Source: an uncultured Pseudomonadales bacterium
GTDB lineage: Bacteria; Pseudomonadota; Gammaproteobacteria; Pseudomonadales; Azotimanducaceae
NCBI GenBank assembly: GCA_964598305.1
Contig: CAZRBP010000001.1
Span: 22,501-86,500, forward strand
Length of the DNA: 64,000 nt
Reading direction: 5' to 3'
The stretch's first letter is position 1; each line of letters opens with the position of its first letter. The notes under the pieces were generated by a model. It was not told the origin of the DNA, did not search any database, and worked only from the letters and a program-made list of their open reading frames with translations. Shown piece after piece: positions 1 through 7,839 of the stretch. The position numbers were made by a program, and so were the translations under genes.

Positions 1-827
1 CCATGCGCAAAACCGACCTCGTAGTAGACGCCGCCCCGAGCCCCCGCCTCCCCGTGTGTGAAATCGGCGACAAGAAATCTGGACCTCCTGATCTCCGCAA
101 CAATCTCATCATCTATTCGGCCCACGTGCTCCTGCTCATCTATGACAACTGGCTCATATCCCGATTGCCTGATAGCTAGCTTAATGCCCTTGTCCCTCGC
201 ATCCCGCATCGACGGATCGAACCACATTGCCACAAACGCCCTTGATGATGCCGAGGCGTTTTGCTCCAGTGCCTCCAGGTGCGCGTAGCCCCGGAACGTC
301 AACGCGCATTCCTGCGCCGGATTATTGATGCCGTGGCGGTCAATTAGGTCTTGGTCACTTAGGTAGCCTAGGAGATATTCGAAGTCCTCTGAACCGATGC
401 AGCCGGAGTGTGCGAGAAGCTCGTAGAAGGTTCTTTCCGCATCGGTCAGGGACATCCCAATGTTCTCAGCAGTGCCAAATGTAAACTCAAAGGATATGCG
501 GGTTCCCAAAACTGACGATCTGCGCGAGACGTACTTGAGGAGTCCGTCAGCTCGCCTAAAAACGCTCGGATCCCTCCACCTCGTTGCCTCGTCGACGGTA
601 GCCCATGAGATTTCAGGGCAGCGCTCGCCGAGCGCCCGTTGCTCAACGAGCCATGTTGTAAGCCGCGCTTTCAGATGCTCGTCATGCTTGTTCAGCCCTG
701 GCTCCGCAGATCCGGAAATGAAATACATTCCCCCGGCTCGAGGGGAATCAAAGAGGCGCCCGTCCCTGCCTGTTGGGAGTTCGGTGGCCGATGTCCCCCA
801 AATTGCGCATTTAGCGCTCTCTAGCAT
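1..827 (-). CDS. Partial CDS (C-terminus lies beyond window edge): unknown N-terminal region fused to a nucleoside 2-deoxyribosyltransferase/TIR-like Rossmannoid domain
   Basis: Absent from the ORF track because it has no stop in the window. Hand translation of the minus strand from ATG 827-825 (in-frame TAG at 833-831) gives MLESACAIWG..FISGSAEPGLNKHDEHLKARLTTWLVEQR... It ends ..RAFVAMWFDPSMRDARDKGIKLAIRQSGYEPVVIDEQEHVGRIDDEIVAEIRRSRFLVADFTHGEAGARGGVYYEVGFAHG, a pattern typical of NDT-like/TIR-like nucleotide-processing domains. An alternative internal ATG lies at 455. Confidence 0.55.
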   Translation of the reverse strand, partial: MLESAKCAIWGTSATELPTGRDGRLFDSPRAGGMYFISGSAEPGLNKHDEHLKARLTTWLVEQRALGERCPEISWATVDEATRWRDPSVFRRADGLLKYVSRRSSVLGTRISFEFTFGTAENIGMSLTDAERTFYELLAHSGCIGSEDFEYLLGYLSDQDLIDRHGINNPAQECALTFRGYAHLEALEQNASASSRAFVAMWFDPSMRDARDKGIKLAIRQSGYEPVVIDEQEHVGRIDDEIVAEIRRSRFLVADFTHGEAGARGGVYYEVGFAH

Positions 828-1203
828 GCTCTATTGCTCGCCACCGAACTACCTAGAATTCCACCATTCCAATGCGCGTAGTCTTGTGGCGACCTGCTTT
901 CCTGCTAGCGTACAGCGGGCTTGGACGCTGCATACTACGGCTCCACCACCCCACAACAGTAGCTTCTTGACGCCCGTTGCACAGCCCGCGCTTCAGTGGC
1001 ACCAAACGCTTCTTTTCGCGGTTCCCGAAGGTCACAACTACTTCCCTTTGCGTCGATCAGTTAGCCTATCAACCGATCATGGTTGAAACAACTCGCTTCT
1101 CGACGCTGTACGGCGCAACACGAATCTACGTGCTGCTCGACGTGCGCCATTCGGTCAGGGAGCCATCGTTCAGGCGGGTCGGTCTAGGGCTAGGAAGGAT
1201 TGA

Positions 1204-2121
1204 TCACACCGTACCGCCAATCTCCAACCCCTCAATTGTGCTGAACACCTCAGCATAGCGCTGACGCTGCGCCTCCATCCAATCGATGAGTTCGTCCCAA
1301 CGTGTACCCTGTTGAACGGCAATTTCCTGCCAAGTCGTGTAGTAGTAGCCTCGGCTGGTCGATTGGTTGGGGCCGAGGGCTTGTTCGAGAACGTCGGCAT
1401 GCTTGGACATGAAGGGCGCGAGATGCTCGCTGTCGGCCCCCATCCGGCCGCGCAAGAACATGCCGGACGTCTTGCTGCCCACATACATTGACAGCACAAC
1501 CTCCCCGTCGGAAAGCATGGGAACCCAGACGTTCGAGTCGCGCGTAGGCGCGAACACGCCTGGGTGTCTCTCCAAGTAGCGGTTCCAAAACTGGCGCCTC
1601 AGTCGTGTCAACTTGGATTCGGCGGTAGCGGTTCTGTCTCGGAGGGTGATGTCCCAGTTGTTCGGCTGCTCAACGACATCAAACACTGGCGCAAAGGGAC
1701 TGTCCTCGATGCGCACCACGCGAAGCCGGACGGCGAAGAAGGCGAATTCATCGTTCGTATGCTCATTGAGCCATCGGACGGCGGACCGATGGGCTGCTTG
1801 GAAGTCCCGTGCGACCCAGACCACAGTTTTGGCCTCAATTCCAGCCAGATACGTGAGCACCTGCCCCAAGTGCCTATGGTCGGAAACCTCGAGTTGGTTC
1901 TCGATGACGACCCGATCACCCGTTCTGGAGTCCTCGGCGAGGATATCCACCGAGAAGTTGTCGACCGCATCTTCAGTGGCAATGGCCTTCAACTCGATCC
2001 CCAGTGCGTCGGAGAGAAAATCGAGGTGGTCGAAGAGCCAGGGGGTGAAGTCACGGGCCTCATCCGGCCACGCCTCACGGACCGGAGCGTCTGTGAGTCG
2101 GGTAAAGCGGGTTGTCGTCAT
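1204..2121 (-). CDS. PD-(D/E)XK nuclease-like N-terminal domain + DUF4268-type C-terminal domain protein
   Basis: The ORF track gives 1204..2160. I moved the start to ATG 2121 (MTTTRFTRL), which overlaps the stop of the upstream small ORF in ATGA. DILAEDSRTGDRVVIENQLEVSDHRHLGQVLTYLA is a restriction-endonuclease-fold core as I recall it from DUF4268-family proteins. Confidence 0.65.
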   Translation of the reverse strand: MTTTRFTRLTDAPVREAWPDEARDFTPWLFDHLDFLSDALGIELKAIATEDAVDNFSVDILAEDSRTGDRVVIENQLEVSDHRHLGQVLTYLAGIEAKTVVWVARDFQAAHRSAVRWLNEHTNDEFAFFAVRLRVVRIEDSPFAPVFDVVEQPNNWDITLRDRTATAESKLTRLRRQFWNRYLERHPGVFAPTRDSNVWVPMLSDGEVVLSMYVGSKTSGMFLRGRMGADSEHLAPFMSKHADVLEQALGPNQSTSRGYYYTTWQEIAVQQGTRWDELIDWMEAQRQRYAEVFSTIEGLEIGGTV

Positions 2122-2387
2122 GGGACTTCGTCGGCACCCCGTACGAGGACGTACGGCCATAGGCGGCCGTCGGTCGCCTTCCAGACGACATCATGCGCCA
2201 TGCTCTTCAGCCGACTCATGGCGTCCGGGTCGAAAGCGTCGGCCTCAATCTCGACCACGGCCCAAACCCATGCAGCGGAATCGTCGGTGGCGTCCAGCCC
2301 GTCCTCGACAACCCAAGATTGCACGGGGGCCGGCAAGCCTTCGGGCGCCTCAAGTTCGGATCGAATTTTGGCGGTGTCAGCGATCAT
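2118..2387 (-). CDS. Acidic 89-aa hypothetical protein, copy 1 (paralog of 7567..7839)
   Basis: This intact ORF reads MIADTAKIRSELE..VQSWVVEDGLDATDD..WKATDGRLWPYVLVRGADE. By eye it is ~4/5 identical to the 90-aa ORF at 7567..7839. Its stop overlaps the start of the DUF4268 gene (ATGA). I recognise no family motif. Confidence 0.65.
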   Translation of the reverse strand: MIADTAKIRSELEAPEGLPAPVQSWVVEDGLDATDDSAAWVWAVVEIEADAFDPDAMSRLKSMAHDVVWKATDGRLWPYVLVRGADEVP

Positions 2388-2417
2388 GACGTTAACTTAC
2401 GCTTCGGATAGGCTATG
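2126..2417. repeat. Direct repeat copy 1 (~290 bp) covering the acidic small ORF plus ~30 nt of its upstream leader
   Basis: It aligns along its whole length with 7584..7867 in the same orientation. I saw scattered substitutions and one 6-nt indel. Confidence 0.85.
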
Positions 2418-2482
2418 TTCAAACAGAGGACCAGCAACAGTGAAGATGAGAGTAAGACACGAAATTTGTTTCTCTCGTGCCC

Positions 2483-5400
2483 TCAGCGCCACGGAGCCAT
2501 GGTGGTGGCCGAAATTGGGGTATGAAACAGCGTTCTCTTGCGTCTATCGCGATCCTTCTTGATGGCATGGTCCAATCCCGTAGAACCAAGGACTCTCGCA
2601 AGTGTCCTCCGATACGGCGGATCAATGGCCGGGTCGATGTGTTTGAACCACGCAATGAACCGCCGGTCGCAATTCTCCTCCACACGCTTCCACACGTGCC
2701 GGGCTGCACGCTCGTCGATATCTGTCTGCCAGAACTCATGAAGCGCCGCTCGCGCTTGCACATTTCGCTGATAGTCCTGACGGCTGGCTTCCAAGACCGT
2801 GCGAAGCCATGGATCCATGGGCGGATTCAATTCAAGGATATTCCACTGCTCGTCGGCCTCCGCCGATTGGTCGCAGAGACCAAGCAATGTGATCGCCTTC
2901 GCGAGATCAACCGGACGCGGCTTTGACTCAAGGGCTTTGATCCGCTCCAGCAGCCAGTCCACGCGGTCGTGCTTGTGGGAGTAGTGGGAGATCCCGAGCA
3001 AGTCATCGTCCGTAGCAGCCAACGACAAACACTCGTCACACGCAGCGTCACTGGATTCGGATCGGGCCAATTCAAATGGAAACCCTTGGTACGAATCCCT
3101 CGAAAAGATGCTGGATTTGACTCCCGTCTGTATCGCAGCGAATGCTGATAGCGCAACTTCTGGAGCCTTGTCCTTCAGAGCCCTCATCGTGTCCATGACT
3201 GGAAAATTGTTCATCAGAGCTTTGTCGGCGCCGCGCCCTGCATTCTCGGTCCATCTCGACAGCCACTCTTCGACCGGATCTACGCCGCGCTCAACCAACA
3301 TCTTGACACAGTCCAGATAATGGATGTACCAGTAGCGAGGCATGCTCCAAGCGGTGGCGGCTGTTATCGCCTGCAGTTCACCCTCCAAGTAAGCAGCGAA
3401 TGCATCCAGCGCAGCGTCCGAAGAGGCACCCCATTTAACCCTTAGCGCCACGCTTTCATCGGCAAGTTCCGTTTTCGGGACGAGCTCCGGGCGAATCGAC
3501 TCAAGTTGCACTAGGGCGGTGGTTCGAGCGAGTTCATCTAGCTTGTCGGCCCAATTGTTGCCGGAGACCGGCGACACATAGGCCGATTCTGCGAACCGCG
3601 TCAAAGCATCCAAGTGTTGGCCTTCCGAAGCAATGAAGAGTGCTCGTCGTCGAATCTCCCTGTCTTCGTGAGTTGTCAGCATCGGCAGGAAATCCAGCCT
3701 TGCAATCGCTGCATCCTCAAGGCGTTGACCCACATAATCCAGCCAAAGAACGAGACCCTCTCGCGTTGCGCTGGAGATGTCCAGTTGGGCCAAGTCATCC
3801 TCTCCGGGCAAGCGGCAAACTAGCTGCCACTTATCACCCAGCGAGGCGTACGGAGCCGACAGGATTAGGGGAGCCTGTTGTGCGGGTTTCGCGTCGTACA
3901 ACCGCAGCCGCAAGGCACTGATTCCCAACTTGTTGCCCCGTTCCGCGTCTTCCCCCCTGGCCGCTGCCCGTTGTTCTTGATCGAACGCTGCGGCCAGAAG
4001 AGAACGGGATGTCGGGGTGATGATGGTCAGGATTTGCCGGAAGTTGTTCAGCAGCAGGTCGATTTCTCTGCCGCCGGGAGGCAACCCTTGCGCAATCAAG
4101 GTGTCGATCAGCTCAGCTCCCGATTGCGCGTCGACTTGTTTCCAGCCCTCTGGCGCGAGGTAGTCGACCACGGAGTCCAACGGGCTTCTTCTCTCCTTGT
4201 CCTTGGCGCCATCTCGTGCGATTGGTACGGCTGGGCTCTCCCCTTTGTCGTCCATTAAACCGACTGCGTTCTCTCGGGCAACGTCACTCAAGGCTTTGCG
4301 GAGCGTCGATGCGGCTTTCAGGGGAATGATGTGCCCGCACTGCTCGAGTCGACAGATCACCCTACCCAGTGCTTCATCCGCCTCGGACGGGTCCTCGGAG
4401 TTGATCCGGAGCATCCAAGCCACGTCATCCAGTTCGTGGGTCGATTCCATCACCGCCCGGCTCAGCGCCCATGCCTCTATGGCCGCCACGTAAGGCGCTC
4501 TCGCCAAATAGGAACATACTGCCACCGCACAACGAGCGAGGTAGTTCCAATTGCCTTCGACTTGGAACCGAACAGGCGCGAAATCCTTGGCTTGTGGAGA
4601 ACGCATCCAACGTTTGCAGCGAGACCTCACATTTCCTGCATTCCTGTTGTCCCCCCTTAACCTGATGTTGCCGTTCTGCCCCGGAGCGAAAGCGTCAAGC
4701 GCTGGTTCGGACCACGCTGTTCCCAACCATTCGACTAGCTTGGGCAGCAGAGCCTCGTGGAATCTGGGGTACTGCGCAGCGTTTGCCAGCGTTTTGATCA
4801 GCACTTCGTCCTTCATACCGCTTGTGCGATCGCTCAGCCAGTCGCGTTCCGCGACTCCTAGGACTAGATCCGGGTCAAGTCCAGCTAGTCGCCAAAGGTC
4901 TTCAAAGTCCGCACTGGAAAAATTCTGTTCATTGAGCCACCTGCACATCAGTTCGTACCGCAGCTGGCTGTCGGTTCCCTGCTCCACTAAGGCGATTGTT
5001 GTAGCTGCTCTGAGGATTTTCGAACCGAGGCTATGCGCCTTTAACGGGTCCAGGAACTCGGCAATGGTCCCGGCGAAGTCCGTGCGGGAGCCCTGCTTGA
5101 GTTCGGACAGTAGGGCGGCTCCAAGCACGTAATGCACTCTGTCCGTGTTGAGTTTGAACCTGTCGGGATCGGCTCCTGCCGTGAACCATCCCCCAGACGT
5201 CAACTGGAGGACAGCGGCCTCTAGATTACGTCCCGCCGACCCGCTGTCGGCCGAAAGCGTTGCCATGATGTTTCGACGGGTCACGGCGCGTTCCACATCA
5301 TTTCGGAGATCTCGCCCGAGATTCGCGATGAACACTCTCATGCGAGCATCATCCATCCCTACCCTTGGCCCCTGTCGGCTAATCCTGTCCTTCCAATCCT

Positions 5401-6829
5401 CGTAGATGACACGCTCAGCAGTGATGTCCCCGCTGTCCGCGAGTGCTTTGTGGTGTTTCAGTGCGATCGCTGCGAGGCGAGGCACGCGCATTAACTCCAA
5501 CACCGGCTTCGTCAGCACATCACGGTTAACGGTCATTGCTGTCAACAGTTCATCAAGTTCCGCGTCGGAAAAGCCCTCTACGAGAATCTCGATTGGTTTA
5601 GGTTCCAGGTTGGATAGGCAGTAAAGGTCGTCGCGCCACCGATTTGGCCAGCAACTGAGGACGAGCTTGTACATCCCCCCTAGATTGTCTTCCAGAAGCG
5701 GTTGCGCCCAGTCCGCCCAGTCACTGAACAGAAAGTTCTGGTTCAGGCCATCCACAATCACAAGGATTCGAGTGGATTCCCTTCCGCTCCTCTCCCAAAG
5801 ACTAAGCCGACGGAGCCAAAACTCTGCAGATCCGGGACGAGCCTGTTGCGAAAGCGCCTGCGCAATGTCGGCTCGGGCATCGGTTCCCTGAACGGATGTG
5901 GCAGGCAGGTACACGATCAAGGGCGAAGCTGGTTCCAGCGGGTTGATCAACTCATTGCACCAGTCCAGCGCAGCCCATGACTTTCCGGTGCCCTCGTCGC
6001 CTACAAGTGCCGCCATGGGGCTCCTTTTGTCAGCAAACCACGCGTTCAGCTGTTGACTGACACCAGCGCGGCGGATGACGGTGGACTCGCTGTCTCGCAG
6101 GTTGTGGTGGCCGCCCAGACGAGACTTAGCTTTGCGCAACGACGATTGCCCATCGTGCAACCAACGTTGGCACTGTTCGCGGCAACTGGCGTAGCCGACG
6201 GCCGGAGCCACCAAACGATCACGCCACATCGACACCTTCGATTCAAACTGATTGCTCTTCCGAATCAATTCCAAGGCTTGGTGAGTCTTGGACGACTGGT
6301 CTAGGCAGTTTCCACAGGCTTGAGGTGCTGCAGCAGAAATCGCAGCCAGATCGCACAGAGCGTTACTGTGTTCAGGCCAGTCCAATACGAGGACGTCAAT
6401 TCCCAATAGTTCTCCGTGCCTGACAAGCGCCTCCCGAAGAGAGCTGTCAACCTGCCGGGTCGACGCTAGCAACCAAAGGTCGGGAGGCGTTGTGAGGGTT
6501 GACGCTTCAGTCACCTTGGACAGCAATGCATCCTGCGGGAGGCTCGTACTCCGGCTGTACCTTTTGGCTTCAAGACTTGCCTTTACCAAGTTGCAAGGGT
6601 CGGAGCGAACGTCGCTACCCCCTTGGAGCCCGGACTTGACCACATGAAAGGGCTGCCCAGAGAGTTCGCTGAGTGCGGCCGCAAGAAAACCCTCGAATCC
6701 CGACACCCCGGTTGGCTTTAGTCCGTAGATCTGCTTCCAGAGCAGTTCCTGCGCATCCGCTAAGTCCATTGTCGCGCCCAAACGGCCAGCAACAAGCGTC
6801 GCATGGAATCCAGTTCTGTGCCAGTGCAT
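2483..6829 (-). CDS. STAND-class P-loop NTPase with N-terminal Mrr/PD-(D/E)XK-like nuclease domain and ~900-aa helical C-terminal region (Avs/NLR-like sensor candidate)
   Basis: A 1448-aa ORF with an alternative ATG at 6769 (MDLADAQ). Residues ~45-90, FEGFLAAALSEL..QGGSDVRS..ASLEAKRY, fit the Mrr_cat-type D..ExK pattern. Walker A is LVGDEGTGKS (nt 5978-6001). Walker B-like RILVIVDGLN lies ~75 aa further. A long Leu/Ala-rich C-terminus follows. Confidence 0.8.
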   Translation of the reverse strand: MHWHRTGFHATLVAGRLGATMDLADAQELLWKQIYGLKPTGVSGFEGFLAAALSELSGQPFHVVKSGLQGGSDVRSDPCNLVKASLEAKRYSRSTSLPQDALLSKVTEASTLTTPPDLWLLASTRQVDSSLREALVRHGELLGIDVLVLDWPEHSNALCDLAAISAAAPQACGNCLDQSSKTHQALELIRKSNQFESKVSMWRDRLVAPAVGYASCREQCQRWLHDGQSSLRKAKSRLGGHHNLRDSESTVIRRAGVSQQLNAWFADKRSPMAALVGDEGTGKSWAALDWCNELINPLEPASPLIVYLPATSVQGTDARADIAQALSQQARPGSAEFWLRRLSLWERSGRESTRILVIVDGLNQNFLFSDWADWAQPLLEDNLGGMYKLVLSCWPNRWRDDLYCLSNLEPKPIEILVEGFSDAELDELLTAMTVNRDVLTKPVLELMRVPRLAAIALKHHKALADSGDITAERVIYEDWKDRISRQGPRVGMDDARMRVFIANLGRDLRNDVERAVTRRNIMATLSADSGSAGRNLEAAVLQLTSGGWFTAGADPDRFKLNTDRVHYVLGAALLSELKQGSRTDFAGTIAEFLDPLKAHSLGSKILRAATTIALVEQGTDSQLRYELMCRWLNEQNFSSADFEDLWRLAGLDPDLVLGVAERDWLSDRTSGMKDEVLIKTLANAAQYPRFHEALLPKLVEWLGTAWSEPALDAFAPGQNGNIRLRGDNRNAGNVRSRCKRWMRSPQAKDFAPVRFQVEGNWNYLARCAVAVCSYLARAPYVAAIEAWALSRAVMESTHELDDVAWMLRINSEDPSEADEALGRVICRLEQCGHIIPLKAASTLRKALSDVARENAVGLMDDKGESPAVPIARDGAKDKERRSPLDSVVDYLAPEGWKQVDAQSGAELIDTLIAQGLPPGGREIDLLLNNFRQILTIITPTSRSLLAAAFDQEQRAAARGEDAERGNKLGISALRLRLYDAKPAQQAPLILSAPYASLGDKWQLVCRLPGEDDLAQLDISSATREGLVLWLDYVGQRLEDAAIARLDFLPMLTTHEDREIRRRALFIASEGQHLDALTRFAESAYVSPVSGNNWADKLDELARTTALVQLESIRPELVPKTELADESVALRVKWGASSDAALDAFAAYLEGELQAITAATAWSMPRYWYIHYLDCVKMLVERGVDPVEEWLSRWTENAGRGADKALMNNFPVMDTMRALKDKAPEVALSAFAAIQTGVKSSIFSRDSYQGFPFELARSESSDAACDECLSLAATDDDLLGISHYSHKHDRVDWLLERIKALESKPRPVDLAKAITLLGLCDQSAEADEQWNILELNPPMDPWLRTVLEASRQDYQRNVQARAALHEFWQTDIDERAARHVWKRVEENCDRRFIAWFKHIDPAIDPPYRRTLARVLGSTGLDHAIKKDRDRRKRTLFHTPISATTMAPWR

Positions 6830-6940
6830 TCGGGCGGTGACAAATCTAGTGCAAGCTCCTGCCGAATGGTCTGCGGGAGCCGTTTAGCGTTCCTCTTGAA
6901 AGTGCCCGTGGGTTCGAGAAAGCCCTGCAGGGGCGGCGGA

Positions 6941-7450
6941 CTACTCGTCATGAAGCGTCGCGAGCCACTCCGCAGAAGAGGTGAACGTGCGGGGTTCGGG
7001 AGAGTCGGCCCTGTCCCTGACACCGTCGCCAATGAGCACAGCCCATCGGACTTCCTGCATGGTAGCTACAGTCCACGCGTACAGGTGCTCTAGCCGATCG
7101 AGCTCGCGGAACACGTCGTGCGACGACGAAGTACGCAAATCGGCGAAAGCGTCCCGCAACTGCTGGAGTTCTTCAAGGCGATGCTTGAAGTAGCGTTCCC
7201 CCTGCTCCATAGCCTGGACGCCTTCGCTATCGGGATCGACGGGCGATTTGGGATCATGCTCTTTCATGGCTTCAGACAGTACGCTGCCTGCCCGATCAAC
7301 CACAGGGAGAAGACTGTCGTGCCCCTCGCGGAGTCCCTGCGCCTGGGCATCGAGCAGTTCGGCAGAGACAGGCATACCGAGGTCGGGACCCGACACGAGC
7401 GCGGGTAGCGCGCGGCTGATGTCACGTATGGTGTTCGATTGAGCCAGCAT
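6941..7450 (-). CDS. 169-aa hypothetical, predicted all-helical protein (possible HEPN-like Rx6H motif)
   Basis: An intact ORF with a GAGGGG SD 8 nt upstream of ATG 7450. It lies between acidic ORF copy 2 and the STAND gene on the same strand. RELDRLEH sits at aa 115-122. I recognise no other motif. Confidence 0.55.
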   Translation of the reverse strand: MLAQSNTIRDISRALPALVSGPDLGMPVSAELLDAQAQGLREGHDSLLPVVDRAGSVLSEAMKEHDPKSPVDPDSEGVQAMEQGERYFKHRLEELQQLRDAFADLRTSSSHDVFRELDRLEHLYAWTVATMQEVRWAVLIGDGVRDRADSPEPRTFTSSAEWLATLHDE

Positions 7451-7566
7451 TCAAAAGCCCCTCAGGGGACGATTCCAGCAGACACCCACAATAAACCGGA
7501 TTCGCGCCGGATTCGCGTTCTTGATGGCGAGGAGCGTCGCCTGCGCGAGAAGTTCCTTGGAAAGGC

Positions 7567-7839
7567 TCACGAAGCGACTTCGGCTTCGTCGGCTCCCCGT
7601 ATGAGGACGTACGGCCACAGGCGACCGTCGGTCGCCTTCCAGACGACATCACGCGCCATGCTCTTCAGCTGACTCATGGAGTCCGGGTCGAAAGCGTTGG
7701 TCTCGACCACGGCCCAAATCCATACGGCGGGATCGTCGGTGGCATCCAGCCCGTCCTCGACAACCCAAGATTGCACGGGAGTCGGCAGGTCTTCGAGTCC
7801 CTCAAGCTCGGATCGGATTTTGGCGGTGTCAGCGATCAT
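7567..7839 (-). CDS. Acidic 90-aa hypothetical protein, copy 2 (paralog of 2118..2387)
   Basis: This intact ORF reads MIADTAKIRSELEGLEDLPTPVQSWVVEDGLDATDD..WKATDGRLWPYVLIRGADE. It is the first gene of the minus-strand block. Confidence 0.65.
   Translation of the reverse strand: MIADTAKIRSELEGLEDLPTPVQSWVVEDGLDATDDPAVWIWAVVETNAFDPDSMSQLKSMARDVVWKATDGRLWPYVLIRGADEAEVAS

Noticed and set aside
460-1086. A 208-aa + strand ORF at the left edge.
   Set aside because: The opposite strand carries a longer open frame with a recognisable NDT/TIR-like domain. The + frame has no motif and odd composition.
7456-7470. CCCC-TCA-GGGG mini-hairpin followed by TTTTG on the minus strand, between acidic ORF copy 2 and the 169-aa ORF, as a possible terminator.
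   Set aside because: The stem is only 4 bp. The same bases (GAGGGG) double as the SD of the 169-aa ORF. Too weak to call.
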